Assembly (NCBI GenBank): GCA_050253415.1
Contig: JBFWJC010000006.1
Coordinates: 124,702-188,701 of the forward strand
Direction: 5' to 3'
Length of the DNA stretch: 64,000 nt
Origin: Pedobacter sp.
GTDB taxonomy: Bacteria; Desulfobacterota; Desulfuromonadia; Desulfuromonadales; Syntrophotaleaceae
The translations under genes and the position numbers were made by a program. Below, in pieces: positions 40,290-50,819 of the stretch. Position 1 is the stretch's first letter. Every line of letters starts with the position of its first letter. The notes beneath the pieces were generated by a model. The model had not been told where the DNA came from, ran no database searches, and was given only the letters and a program-made list of their open reading frames with translations.

Positions 40290-41093
40290 CTACGCGACAG
40301 GTCCGATGCACGCGACCTGCTCCAACTCCTGTCGGGCCTGTTTCGCCTCTGCGGCCAGATCGTCGTAGGCCAGATCGAGGTACTGCTCCAGCACGTTTTT
40401 GAACTCTTCGAAACCGAACCGTTCGATGGTTTTAAAAAGCCGTTCGTTGGGTTGCGCCAGTTCCCGGTAGGCGCGCAACATGGCCGCCAGGTACTTGGGC
40501 ACTTCGTCAGCGGAGACCGACAGGGAGATCATCTGGGCGACGACGGGGGCCAGACCCATCTTGCCCCCGATATAGATCCTCCAACCGTTGGAAGTCGCGT
40601 GAATGCCGAAATCGCTGAGTCGGGTATTGGCGCAGCAGTTGGCACATCCGGACACGCTGATCTTGACCTTCATCGGCATGGGCAGACACCGAAACGTCTC
40701 TTCCAGGTAAGTGACCAGGGAAAAGGTACGTTGCAGGCCGAAGGGAGAAAAGTCGGCACCGGGGCAGCACTTGACGTGGTAAACGTCATGCCCCACGGAG
40801 CGGACCTGAAAGCCAGCCTCCAGCACCGCCTGGCGGGCCGGGTAGTAGTCCTTTCTGGATATTCCCAAAAGGATGATGCTCTGCGCCGTGGAGAGGTGGC
40901 TGACACGTGCGTATCGCTCGACGATATCGGCCAGGCTGTGCAGCTGCTGCGCCGTGAAGCAGGCGGTGGGCACCCCGACGATCAATGCGAAACCGCCATC
41001 ACGCTGTTTTCCGAGGCAGCGATGCCCCGGCTGTTTTTTGCGCGCTGCAGTGGCTTTGCGCAGTTCGATATCGAGTTCAGCTGAAGTATCCAT
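40290..41093 (-). CDS. Nitrite/sulfite reductase 4Fe-4S domain protein (single module)
   Basis: KCCPG, PMKVKISVSGCANCC, DFGI, IYIGG, NERL. Confidence 0.82.
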   Translation of the reverse strand: MDTSAELDIELRKATAARKKQPGHRCLGKQRDGGFALIVGVPTACFTAQQLHSLADIVERYARVSHLSTAQSIILLGISRKDYYPARQAVLEAGFQVRSVGHDVYHVKCCPGADFSPFGLQRTFSLVTYLEETFRCLPMPMKVKISVSGCANCCANTRLSDFGIHATSNGWRIYIGGKMGLAPVVAQMISLSVSADEVPKYLAAMLRAYRELAQPNERLFKTIERFGFEEFKNVLEQYLDLAYDDLAAEAKQARQELEQVACIGPVA

Positions 41094-41545
41094 GATCTTA
41101 CTACTGTCCTTTTCTTTTTACGGTTGTGTCCTATACGGATCAGGATCTTTTGATGACGGGTGTCAGGCTATTCCATCTCTTAAAAATGGCATATCAACGT
41201 AACCTTAGGCAATGTCATTGTTTTTATATATTAACCAGGCATAGGAGTTCAATGGGCAAGAATTCCACGGAGCATGGCAGTACGCGCTTATTTTTTGTGC
41301 CCGCCAAGCAACAATCGGGCGATTCGATGGTAAAATGAACAGATTGCCCGCTCAGGAACAAGTACCCGATAAAGCTACGTCCCCGCAAGAAGGCACGGAA
41401 GCACCGGATTCGCTGAAGCTCGCTGAAAAGCGGATGGCCGAGCTGCCGGAGGACATGGGTCAAACGGCTGGGCTCGGTTTTTACGTTTGGACATCATTCA
41501 ACAGGTGGGGTAAGGCAACCCATCAATGACAAAAGGAGAAGTGCC

Positions 41546-41809
41546 ATGAAAAAAGCAATGTACATTTTCATTCTTATCGTAACCATGGGCCTGACGGTAA
41601 TGCTTACGGCCTGCGAAAAGAAAGGGCCTGCCGAAAAGGCCGGGGAACAGATCGATCAGACGATGGAGCAAACCGAAGAAGCCCTCGATGAGGCCAAGGA
41701 AAACATGCAGGACATGATGGACCAACAAGGCCCCATGGAAGAGGCCGGTGAAAAGATGGATAATGCTGTCGAGGGTACCAAAGAAGTTGTTGAAGAATCG
41801 ATGAAATGA
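41546..41809 (+). CDS. Small acidic lipoprotein
   Basis: Lipobox LTAC; GP.E.AGE..D twice; AGGAG RBS. Confidence 0.82.
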   Translation: MKKAMYIFILIVTMGLTVMLTACEKKGPAEKAGEQIDQTMEQTEEALDEAKENMQDMMDQQGPMEEAGEKMDNAVEGTKEVVEESMK

Positions 41810-41970
41810 GTGAGCAATGCTGCAAGGGCGCCAGGAAAGTCAAAACCAGTATCGCCGTTTTGCTTTCCTTAGCGCCTTTGCGGTTTGAGTGAGCACAGCG
41901 AACGGGCGTGAGACCGTATCGTCCATGCCCCCCTCACCTGCCATCCCCTCCCAAAGCTAAACCCGCCAAC

Positions 41971-42303
41971 TTATAAAGAATCAAGCAGCTTTAAATACTC
42001 TTGAAAAACGCGGATGGAGTGCATCGTAGACAGGTACAATCCCCAAGTCAGAAGCAGGATTCCGACCGTGAGTCCGATCTTCCACGCCAGGGAGGTTTTT
42101 GGCCTCCACCAGATCATGGGCAACGCCAGGGGGCCCACACAGGAGAGTGCAATAACAATAGAGGATGTCCGGAAATACCAGGGAAGTTTCTCAGTTGTAA
42201 GGTTCGGTCGTTTATAGCCATCCAGAAACTCACCACAGTGCTTGCACTTAATGGCGGCATCCTGGATTTCTTCTGCGCAAAATGGACATGTTTTCATTTT
42301 CAA
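41971..42303 (-). CDS. Zinc-ribbon membrane protein
   Basis: CPFCAEEI...IKCKHCGE followed by two TM helices. Confidence 0.8.
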   Translation of the reverse strand: MKMKTCPFCAEEIQDAAIKCKHCGEFLDGYKRPNLTTEKLPWYFRTSSIVIALSCVGPLALPMIWWRPKTSLAWKIGLTVGILLLTWGLYLSTMHSIRVFQEYLKLLDSL

Positions 42304-42589
42304 CTCTCTTGCTAAAGCGAGTAAAGAACACGGCAGACCACATTGTCCGCAGCCACTTTCGTGATTTTCATGATGTGATGCAGATATTGCACCAGCTTAT
42401 CGCATTTACTTCAGAGAAACCAACAGGTAAAACCCGCTCAACACCAGGAAGGCAAAACCTTTATCTCACGCAAAGAGGGTCAAGCCACCCCTGCCCCCTA
42501 TCCAAAATACCCCTGTTTCTGGTATGGTGTCAGACATGATAACTTTACAAGGCTTCCATGCCACCATCCGCATCAAGGAGAAACGTAAC

Positions 42590-42826
42590 GTGCTCGCAGA
42601 AGAAATGCTGATCCTCGACTGCCCCTATTGCGGCGCAGCGATTTACCAGCCTTTGAGCTGGTTCAAAAAAACCTACTCTACCTGCCCCGCCTGCGATCAG
42701 GGACTGGCAGCCAGCCAGTTTGAGAATACTATCGCCGACCTGGAACAGGCTCTGGACGAAAGCATCGACGAAATGGTGTATGGAAAACCTCACAGCGGCT
42801 GCTGCGGCAACCATGACCATAGCTGA
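42590..42826 (+). CDS. Small zinc-ribbon protein
   Basis: AAGGAG RBS before GTG 42590; CPYC...CPAC; Cys/His tail; terminator follows. Confidence 0.65.
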   Translation: MLAEEMLILDCPYCGAAIYQPLSWFKKTYSTCPACDQGLAASQFENTIADLEQALDESIDEMVYGKPHSGCCGNHDHS

Positions 42827-42845
42827 ATCCACGCGATATCATAAC

Positions 42846-42878
42846 AAAAGCCGAACCCTGTAACGGGGTTCGGCTTTT
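42846..42878. terminator. Intrinsic terminator
   Basis: AAAAGCCGAACCC/GGGTTCGGCTTTT. Confidence 0.8.
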
Positions 42879-43192
42879 CAAATGGTCCGATCCTTCCTTC
42901 TCTGCTCACACATTACCTGCAACCACTTATATCCTCAGACCTCCGGCGATGCCGACCCGTCAGTCAAATGGCTGTTCGCTCTGACAACCACTTATGCCCT
43001 CTGAAGCCCCCTTCAGGCGACCCGTTCCAGGACGGGCTGGCACACCAGGGACTTACTCTGGGCATCATCTTCAATTGTTGGCGAACGACATTTGCCGGTA
43101 TCGGCACCCCAGAGGCATCGTTGATCGTTCTTCCACATTTATTTTAGCATAGTCAGGGGTTTGTCTGCTGGTTTTAAAATAACATCTGAGGA

Positions 43193-43819
43193 TCACAGTT
43201 CCCCTAGAACCGCTTCCGCCAAGGCACGGATCCGACTCACCAACCGCCCCTTGTTACTTACCCCTATGGATCCAACCGCGTCAGCTTCGGCCACCCTGAG
43301 CAACATGGGAAACAGCGGATGCCGGCAGAATTGCAGTTGGCGTTTGCTCAATGGATGCATGCCCACCTTGCCCCAGGAAAAATAAAAATGATGATGCCGC
43401 ACCAGCCAAACCACATCTCCGGCTATCCCTGACTTACCGATGCGGTGCATTACGGTCCTGGCGGGTTCGGCCCCCGCTTCGGCATGGCCACGAGCACGCC
43501 AGCGACCGTCTTCCAGCCGGGTCACCGTCGCCTTGCCGAGATCGTGCAGCAATACCGCCCAAAACACCCGTTCGTCATCGTCATCATCTACGGCATCCAA
43601 GGCCAACAAGGTGTGCGAGAGCACGTCCCCCTCGCTGTGGTATTCAGGAGGTTGCGGCACATCCTGCAGGACCAGCACTTCCGGCAGCAAAATCACCAGT
43701 TCGCCGCGTTCCTGCCAATTCGTAAGCTGTCTGCGGGCTTCTCCCGCCGTGGCCGATGCTATCACACTCACCATGTATCCATTGGGGGTTGTCGGGTCGC
43801 GTTCCAACCCTACCCGCAT
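43193..43819 (-). CDS. HD-domain phosphohydrolase
   Basis: VPQPPEYHSEGDVLSHT, LLHDLGK, GHAEAG, HH, AD. Confidence 0.85.
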   Translation of the reverse strand: MRVGLERDPTTPNGYMVSVIASATAGEARRQLTNWQERGELVILLPEVLVLQDVPQPPEYHSEGDVLSHTLLALDAVDDDDDERVFWAVLLHDLGKATVTRLEDGRWRARGHAEAGAEPARTVMHRIGKSGIAGDVVWLVRHHHFYFSWGKVGMHPLSKRQLQFCRHPLFPMLLRVAEADAVGSIGVSNKGRLVSRIRALAEAVLGEL

Positions 43820-44364
43820 TCTTTGAGAATCTGGGCTATTTCATAGTCCGTCAATTCCGGTAAAAAATAACTGCCGTCTTCGGATTTTCCCGATGGCGTA
43901 CTATCGGTAATCGTTGTTTTGAGCTGCTTGAGGGCGAGATGCTGCGTACGCACCAAGGCCATCATTTGACGGAGTTTCGTTTCCAGATCGTATTTTTCTA
44001 TGGCTGAGCGAATCGCGAGGGCAAGGTCGAGATCTGTCCAGGGCTTAGTGAAAAACCGCCATATTTCACCCTCGTTTACCGCTTTCATGGCGCTTTCCAG
44101 AGTGGCATATCCCGTTAAAAGGATGCGCACGATTTGCGGGTGTCTCGTATTGACGATCGAAAGCAGTTCCGCTCCGGACATGCCGGGCATCCTCTCATCG
44201 CAAACGATCACCTTGACCGGCTGCGTTGAGAGGATCGCCAGGGCTTCTTCTCCGCTATGCGCGGCAATTATCTCATACTCTTCATCCATGAGAGCGCGCC
44301 GCAACGCGTTGACGACATGAACCTCGTCGTCCACCAGCAATATGCAGTTTTTAGTTTCTTCCAT
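43810..44364 (-). CDS. Response regulator (receiver plus coiled coil)
   Basis: LVDDE, D.RMPGMSG, LTG, TKPW. Confidence 0.92.
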   Translation of the reverse strand: MEETKNCILLVDDEVHVVNALRRALMDEEYEIIAAHSGEEALAILSTQPVKVIVCDERMPGMSGAELLSIVNTRHPQIVRILLTGYATLESAMKAVNEGEIWRFFTKPWTDLDLALAIRSAIEKYDLETKLRQMMALVRTQHLALKQLKTTITDSTPSGKSEDGSYFLPELTDYEIAQILKECG

Positions 44365-44445
44365 AGCTCGCCCCTTTCCGCCGCAAGGCCGCCTACAGCC
44401 GCGACCGGGTAAGGATTTCCATTTTAACGTATCCGATCAAAAACC

Positions 44446-46860
44446 CTATCGTTTGCTGCCGCACGATGCACAGTTAATCCAATCGTCTTCCAGCGGCATT
44501 TGGCATTGTTGGCAGATGTCCCGCCGAAATTGTCCGCAGAAAGGACAAAAGATAAATTTGGCATCGATAATTTTCTGACATGTTTCACAGACTCTTTCGT
44601 GGCGTATTTGAGGACCAAGCACCCTCAAAATTTCGCTCAGAGTCGTTTCTCCCTGCCTGACCTTGGCCAGTCCGTCGTCAAGCAGGCTTTTCATGCCTAT
44701 AGATTTGGCCATGTTGAGCAATTCCGATCCCTTGGAATTTTCCGAAATAACATGGCGGAAGTCATCGTTCATCATGAACAGCTCGTAGATTCCGATCCTA
44801 CCCAGATAACCGGTGTTGTTACAGCGTGGGCAGCCCTTGCCCCGTACCACCAGATCACCGATGCTCTCCGGCGAAATGCGTAGAAGTTCGAGTATCTCAC
44901 TATCCGGCGGCTCTTCAACCCTGCAATATTTACAACACCGTCGAACCAGTCGTTGGGCAATGATCCCCTCCAGGGCCGAGGCAATCAGATACGGCTTGAT
45001 ACCGATATCGATAAGACGGGTGATGGAGGCGATGGAGCTGTTGGTATGCAGGGTGGTGAGTACCATGTGTCCGGTCAGGGCCGCCTTGAAGGCGACATCG
45101 GCTGTATCGAAATCGCGGATTTCTCCAACCAGGATGACATCCGGGTCCTGGCGCAGGGTGGCACGCAACACAGAGGCGAAGGAAAGCCCTATCTTGTCCC
45201 GTACATAAATCTGATTGGCCTCCTCGACAAAATATTCCACCGGATCTTCGATGGTCTCGAAATTTTTCGACCGCTCGAGCATTTTCCCCAGGATCGAGTA
45301 GAGCATGGTGGTCTTGCCGCTGCCGGTGGGACCGGTGGCAATGAGTATCCCTTGCGGCTTTTTGATCAGGCTGTAGATGCTTTTCAGATCATCGGGGAGA
45401 AGGCCGAGCTCGTCGATATTGCGGACGGAGGCGCTTTTGTCGAGGATCCGCATGACCACCTTTTCGCCATTGATGGACGGCATGGTGGAAACCCGCAGAT
45501 CCACCATCCGGGTAGCGGATTTTACGGTGATGCGGCCATCCTGGGGTTTGCGTCGCTCGGAAATATCGAGTTTGCCCAGAATCTTGATCCGGGAGATCGT
45601 CGCCGGATGCAGATCTGAAGGGATGCGGATCTTGTCATGCAGCATGCCGTCGATGCGAAATCTTACCACGGTGTATTTGGTCTTCGGCTCGATGTGAATG
45701 TCGCTGGCCCGATAGCGGATGGCTTCGGATATGATGGAATTCACAATCCGGATAATAGGCGGGACTTCGGAGGAGCTGAGGAGTTCCTGAACACTGATAT
45801 CGACCTCATCGTCCTCGATGACAATATCCACCTCATCCATGGGATCGAAATCCTGGATGTCGTCGAAATTCACCTTGCCCAGTTGAGGCTCGGTATCGTG
45901 AAAGGTGTGGAGTTTTTCCAGGATATCCGAACTGCGGGCAATCACCGGACTGATTCTGAACCCGGTTATCATGGCGAGATTATCGCACTGATAGATGTCG
46001 GAGGGATCAGCCATGGCGAGGGTCAACTGACGGTCATCAAGCCGAATGGGAATCATGCGGTGTTTTATGCAAGGTTCCTTGGGCAGAATGCGAACCACCT
46101 CGCCACTCAGATTCATCTCCTTGAGATCCACATATTCGAGATGCAGTTTGTCCTGAAGGAGCTTGAGAATTTCGGTTTCATTGGCCGTGCCCAGCCGCAC
46201 CAGGGTATCGATGATGAATTCCTCCCCCAGGCGTTGGCTCAGAGCACGATGAAAATCCTCCAGTTTCACCAGGCCGGCCTTGGCCAGAAGACTCCCCAGC
46301 ACCCCGTTGTTCTTCTCGATCAGGGATGAGTAATTTTTCAATTTTTCCTTTTGCTGCCTGCTGACTTCCTTGAGTTTGCGGTTTTCCTGCAGCAGGGCAT
46401 ACTGCTGCAAAGCAAGGCTGATAGTTAGCCGTAAGTCATCGTCATTCCATGGTTTTGTAATAAATTTATAGACGGAACCTTCATTGACGGCCCCCATGAT
46501 AGACTGAACATCGGCATATCCGGTGAGCATGATGCGGATGGTTTCCGGCCAGCGCTCCTTGATTCGTTTGAGCAGTTGAGCTCCGGTCATGCCGGGCATC
46601 CGATGGTCGGAAACGATCAAGTGGATGGTGTGCTTTTCCAGAATCGTCAGGGCTTCAGAAGCGGTGGAGGCGGTCAGGACCTGGTAATTTTCGTCTTGAA
46701 AGATCCTTCTCAACGCCTTGAGAACACCGTCTTCGTCATCCACAAACAAAAGGGTGTAGCCGCTTTGTTCGGGGATGCTTTTATCCGAATCATCCACGTC
46801 GGGTGCCTCGACGCCCTGGTTGCCCAGCACGTTTCGAAATAGTTCAGCGTACCTGGCCAT
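44446..46860 (-). CDS. Receiver-domain-fused GspE/PilB-family ATPase with C-terminal double zinc ribbon
   Basis: REC, MshEN-like segment, ASDIHIEP, GPTGSGKT, TIEDPVE, RQDPDVILVGEIRD, tetra-Cys and four C-terminal CxxC. Confidence 0.92.
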   Translation of the reverse strand: MARYAELFRNVLGNQGVEAPDVDDSDKSIPEQSGYTLLFVDDEDGVLKALRRIFQDENYQVLTASTASEALTILEKHTIHLIVSDHRMPGMTGAQLLKRIKERWPETIRIMLTGYADVQSIMGAVNEGSVYKFITKPWNDDDLRLTISLALQQYALLQENRKLKEVSRQQKEKLKNYSSLIEKNNGVLGSLLAKAGLVKLEDFHRALSQRLGEEFIIDTLVRLGTANETEILKLLQDKLHLEYVDLKEMNLSGEVVRILPKEPCIKHRMIPIRLDDRQLTLAMADPSDIYQCDNLAMITGFRISPVIARSSDILEKLHTFHDTEPQLGKVNFDDIQDFDPMDEVDIVIEDDEVDISVQELLSSSEVPPIIRIVNSIISEAIRYRASDIHIEPKTKYTVVRFRIDGMLHDKIRIPSDLHPATISRIKILGKLDISERRKPQDGRITVKSATRMVDLRVSTMPSINGEKVVMRILDKSASVRNIDELGLLPDDLKSIYSLIKKPQGILIATGPTGSGKTTMLYSILGKMLERSKNFETIEDPVEYFVEEANQIYVRDKIGLSFASVLRATLRQDPDVILVGEIRDFDTADVAFKAALTGHMVLTTLHTNSSIASITRLIDIGIKPYLIASALEGIIAQRLVRRCCKYCRVEEPPDSEILELLRISPESIGDLVVRGKGCPRCNNTGYLGRIGIYELFMMNDDFRHVISENSKGSELLNMAKSIGMKSLLDDGLAKVRQGETTLSEILRVLGPQIRHERVCETCQKIIDAKFIFCPFCGQFRRDICQQCQMPLEDDWINCASCGSKR

Positions 46861-48139
46861 GGGTTCTCCCTGTTGCTGGCAATTGAATAAGAAATACGGC
46901 CCCGCCTTTCTTACCGTTTTCCACCTCAAGGGTTCCGCCGTATCCCGTGACGATCTCATAGGCGACAGTCAACCCCAGGCCCGTGCCCTGACCAACATCG
47001 CGCGTCGTGAAAAAGGGCTCGAAAATTCTGCCGTGAATCTCATCCGGCACTCCGGGACCGTTGTCGGAAAAACGTATCCTCACTGTGTCGTTTTCATGCT
47101 CTGTGGTGATAATCAGTTGCAATCCCTCGGACCTGGCCTGGAAGGCGTTGCGCAACAGGTTCAAAAAAACCTGGCACAACAGAGCCCCGTTTCCCCCGAA
47201 CACGGGAAGATCTCCGAATTGCTTGATTATGCAGGCATCTCCTGGAATTTCCCCGGCAAGGACGCCCAGGGTGCGGACGATTTGATGATTGATATCCACC
47301 GCACCTGCACCCATGTCTTCAACATGGGCAAACCCTTTAAGGTCGAAAACGATCTGCTTGACTTTTTCCGCCCCTGAAACAGTCTGATCCAATAGTTCGT
47401 CAACATCTCCGAGCACCGTATCAAGCTTTAGCTCCCGCCATTTCTCAGCTCCGGCAGCCCCATGCAAGCCACGATAGTACGCCAGCATATTCGTCATTCT
47501 CCCGACATACTTTCGCAATGTATTGAGATTACTGAGAATATAGCCGTTTGGATTATTGATTTCGTGAGCCACCCCGGCGGCAAGCTGACCGATGGAGGCC
47601 ATTTTTTCCTGTTGGAGGAGCCGGGCATAGGCACGCTTGAGTTCCTCGGTTCGACTTTGTACCCGCAACTCGAGGTTTTCCGCCAGATCCCGGTATTTCT
47701 TTTCCGATTCCGCCAGTTGCCGGTTGCTCTCAAGCAATTCGTCGTAGGACTGGTTGACCACCCTGGTATGGATTTCCGTCGTCAGCATCCGCTTCAGATT
47801 GTTGGTCATGATGCTGTTAAAGGCCTCGCCGATCAGATGAGCCATCATCTCGCATCCAGGGGGATTGACCTGCCCCCGTCTGAGGCAAACAGCACCTACC
47901 GGTTCACCTTCCAACAGGAGCATGCAGCGCGCATCCCAGTTTTCCGCACCGACAACCGACGCCGGGGGGTACGGTCCCAGAGTCCACAATGGTACGTTTT
48001 TATCATCGACGACAGCGGCAAATCCAATCCCTGCTTTTACGGCGCTTTTAAACAATGGCAGGATTTGCGCTTCATCAAGTACGTCGGCAAGACGTTTCTC
48101 CGCGCCCACCAGGAATTCGATCTCATTGGTTAGATTCAT
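46844..48139 (-). CDS. Sensor histidine kinase
   Basis: AHEINNP, NLLRNA, DNGPG, FEPFFTT, GTGLGL. Confidence 0.93.
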   Translation of the reverse strand: MNLTNEIEFLVGAEKRLADVLDEAQILPLFKSAVKAGIGFAAVVDDKNVPLWTLGPYPPASVVGAENWDARCMLLLEGEPVGAVCLRRGQVNPPGCEMMAHLIGEAFNSIMTNNLKRMLTTEIHTRVVNQSYDELLESNRQLAESEKKYRDLAENLELRVQSRTEELKRAYARLLQQEKMASIGQLAAGVAHEINNPNGYILSNLNTLRKYVGRMTNMLAYYRGLHGAAGAEKWRELKLDTVLGDVDELLDQTVSGAEKVKQIVFDLKGFAHVEDMGAGAVDINHQIVRTLGVLAGEIPGDACIIKQFGDLPVFGGNGALLCQVFLNLLRNAFQARSEGLQLIITTEHENDTVRIRFSDNGPGVPDEIHGRIFEPFFTTRDVGQGTGLGLTVAYEIVTGYGGTLEVENGKKGGAVFLIQLPATGRTHGQVR

Positions 48140-48171
48140 GGCTGCTCCCCGTTGTCATCGGGCCCGGAGTT

Positions 48172-48852
48172 TCACGCATAATCCGCCCTTTTGCGCACAA
48201 GTTGAGACAGAAACATCTGTTTATCAAGACCATGATTTTCGGCCAGCCCGTATCGGGAGTCGACATGCGCGTAGGTTCGATCCGCCAGATGGATAAAGGT
48301 CTCAAGCACACCGGTGCCGTACAGGGCGGAACTCATGAAAACAGGGATACCGGACGGGTCCCACACCCGGCGGATCTCTTCTTCGGCAACGATGCTGCCC
48401 AGATCCCGCTTATTGAACTGCACCACCAGGGGGACATGGTCGATATCCAGACCAACAAAGCCCAGGTTTTTTTCGAGGTTTTGGAAGCTGTTAACGTTAT
48501 TGGATATTTCCGATACTTGTGAATCAGCAATGAATGCCACGCCGTCGGCCCTCTGCAAAACCGCCTTGCGGGTGGCATCGTGCTTGACCTGGCCAGGCAC
48601 GGTGTAAACCTTGAGCTTGATTTTCAGGCCGCTGGGAGCCTCCAAAAAGAACGGCAGCAGGTCGAAATAAATGGTCCGGTCATCCTTGGTGTCCAGAACC
48701 ATGAGATCGCCACGTCCTTCCTGCTGAAGCAGATCGTGCAGCATCAGCAAATTGGTAGTCTTGCCCGACATTGCGGGTCCGTAGTAGACCAGCTTGAGAA
48801 CCATCCGTTTTTCCCATTCGTCGAACTCGATCACAGGCCCATCCTTTGGCAA
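48172..48852 (-). CDS. MglA-family small GTPase
   Basis: KLVYYGPAMSGKTTNL, RTIYFD, YTVPGQ, NKRD, SA. Start uncertain. Confidence 0.88.
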   Translation of the reverse strand: MPKDGPVIEFDEWEKRMVLKLVYYGPAMSGKTTNLLMLHDLLQQEGRGDLMVLDTKDDRTIYFDLLPFFLEAPSGLKIKLKVYTVPGQVKHDATRKAVLQRADGVAFIADSQVSEISNNVNSFQNLEKNLGFVGLDIDHVPLVVQFNKRDLGSIVAEEEIRRVWDPSGIPVFMSSALYGTGVLETFIHLADRTYAHVDSRYGLAENHGLDKQMFLSQLVRKRADYA

Positions 48853-48873
48853 AAGGCACCGGAAATGACACCG

Positions 48874-49824
48874 TCATTCGGTCTTATTTCCGAACAAATC
48901 AAGGAACAGGTCGACCATGTCGGGATCCAGAATGCTCCCCTTGAGATTTCGGAGTATCTGCAAAGCTTCGTCTCTGGGGAGGGCATCCCGATAGGGTCGG
49001 TCGGTCGTCAGAGAATCATAGACGTCCGCCACGCTGATAATCCGGGCTTCCAGAGGGACCTCTTGTCCCTTGAGTTGAAGGGGATATCCTGTCCCGTCGA
49101 AATGTTCATGATGATGCAGGATGATATTGATCACCCTTTTCGAAAGCCCGCCTTGCCTCGCCACATCCGCTCCCCAAACGGGATGTTTTTTGACGATGGC
49201 ATACTGGCTCGCGTCCAGGGGACCCCTGAAGTTCAGGATTTTCCCCGGCACCCCGATCTTTCCGCAGTCGTGCAGCCAGCATCCTTGGCGTATCTCTTTA
49301 CGAGCGGATTCCGCGAACCCGAGTCGGCGCGCCATGGCCACGGCATATTCTCCTACCCGCTCACAGTGTCCGCGTGTATAGGGATCCTTCAGCTCAATCG
49401 TTTGCGCCAGACTCAGCAAGGTTGACTCGGTTCCCCGGGAAAGAGCCTGGATGATACGATAGCGAGCCAGACTTTCCTCAACAACCCATTCCAACTCGTT
49501 GTTGTCCCAGGGCTTGAGAACAAAGCGGAAAATTTCGCTTTTATTGATAGCCTCAACCGCGGTACCAAGATCCGCATAGGCCGTCATCAACACCTTGACG
49601 GTGGAGGGAGAAATATCCCGGACCTGGCAAAGCAGATCGAGTCCCGACATACCCGGCATCATATTGTCGGAAACGATAACCGCCACATCCTCTTCGTGCA
49701 GGATGGACAAAGCACTTTTGGCGTTCGAAACGCTGCGTAAGTTCACATCCTTTTCCATGAAAAGACGCTCAATGGAACGGAGAATATTCTCCTCATCGTC
49801 AACGAACAGTACCGTTTCAGCCAT
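48874..49824 (-). CDS. REC-HD-GYP cyclic dinucleotide phosphodiesterase
   Basis: REC; KDPYTRGH, LHDCGKI, HHEHFDGTGYP, ADVYD, RPYR. Confidence 0.93.
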   Translation of the reverse strand: MAETVLFVDDEENILRSIERLFMEKDVNLRSVSNAKSALSILHEEDVAVIVSDNMMPGMSGLDLLCQVRDISPSTVKVLMTAYADLGTAVEAINKSEIFRFVLKPWDNNELEWVVEESLARYRIIQALSRGTESTLLSLAQTIELKDPYTRGHCERVGEYAVAMARRLGFAESARKEIRQGCWLHDCGKIGVPGKILNFRGPLDASQYAIVKKHPVWGADVARQGGLSKRVINIILHHHEHFDGTGYPLQLKGQEVPLEARIISVADVYDSLTTDRPYRDALPRDEALQILRNLKGSILDPDMVDLFLDLFGNKTE

Positions 49825-50641
49825 GATCCCCTTCTTCCAGGTCAAAGGCCAGAAGCAGGCCATCAAGATGGTCCAGGTGAATCGTGTTGCCCTTGATCCA
49901 CCCTTTTCGCCCTCCGATCAGACAATTATCGGAAATCTCACCCTGGGCTATAAGCTTTTGCAGGAATGGACCAAACATCTGCGGCAGCGCCACGGACCAG
50001 GGACGGCCGAGGATTTGTTTCCTTGGTCCGCCGAGTAATTTGATAGCCGCATCGTTGTAGAGGGCGACACAGCCATCGGAGTCGATGCCTATGATGCCCA
50101 TTGGCAATGAACTGATTATTTTGTGATAGATGTTTTGAACCTGCTGCGGGAAAGTCTCCTGCAAAATGTTTTGCCGGGCGATCTCCAAATTCTGGTTGGT
50201 TTTTCGCAGTTTTTCGTTGGATGTTTTCAATTCGGTCAGAAGTTCAAGATTCTGTTTTTTCTGAAAGTAAGCTTCGATCCCCTTTTGAATCGTAGACCGC
50301 AACTCATCGTCATCCCAGGGTTTGGGAATGAATTTATAAATCTGTCCATCGTTGATGGCCTCTACCACTGCCGCCGTATCCGCAAACCCCGATAAAACGA
50401 TCCGTACGGTATCCGGCCACTTCTGGCAAACTTCCCGTAAAAATTCGATGCCGTTCATGCCCGGCATCCGATAATCGGAAATAACGATTTGAACCTCATC
50501 GATCCTACCAAGGATTTCCAATCCTTCCCTGGCCGAAAGAGCAGAATAGATTTTATAGTCGTCATCCATAAACAGCCGTTGAATAGCGCGCAGCACATTC
50601 TTTTCATCGTCAATGCATAGGATTTTCACCTGTTCATCCAT
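49817..50641 (-). CDS. Response regulator with C-terminal PAS-like domain
   Basis: REC plus LPMGIIGID...YNDAA..LLG. Confidence 0.88.
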   Translation of the reverse strand: MDEQVKILCIDDEKNVLRAIQRLFMDDDYKIYSALSAREGLEILGRIDEVQIVISDYRMPGMNGIEFLREVCQKWPDTVRIVLSGFADTAAVVEAINDGQIYKFIPKPWDDDELRSTIQKGIEAYFQKKQNLELLTELKTSNEKLRKTNQNLEIARQNILQETFPQQVQNIYHKIISSLPMGIIGIDSDGCVALYNDAAIKLLGGPRKQILGRPWSVALPQMFGPFLQKLIAQGEISDNCLIGGRKGWIKGNTIHLDHLDGLLLAFDLEEGDHG

Positions 50642-50819
50642 GGCCCCTCCCGGCCACCCTTAAGTCAGGGCAGCAATCCGACATCCTCCGGACTGATTTC
50701 CAGATTCTGCTTGCATCGCAATCCAAATCGGGATCGGGCTCGGACCTTGAGATCCCGTGGAGTATGTTTGCGCCCGAATGTCATGGTGTTTCGATGTCGA
50801 CAGGTATCCCGAGTCGGTT

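Noticed and set aside
42920..43010. CAACCACTTAT direct repeat pair
   Set aside because: Only two short copies, with no assignable function.
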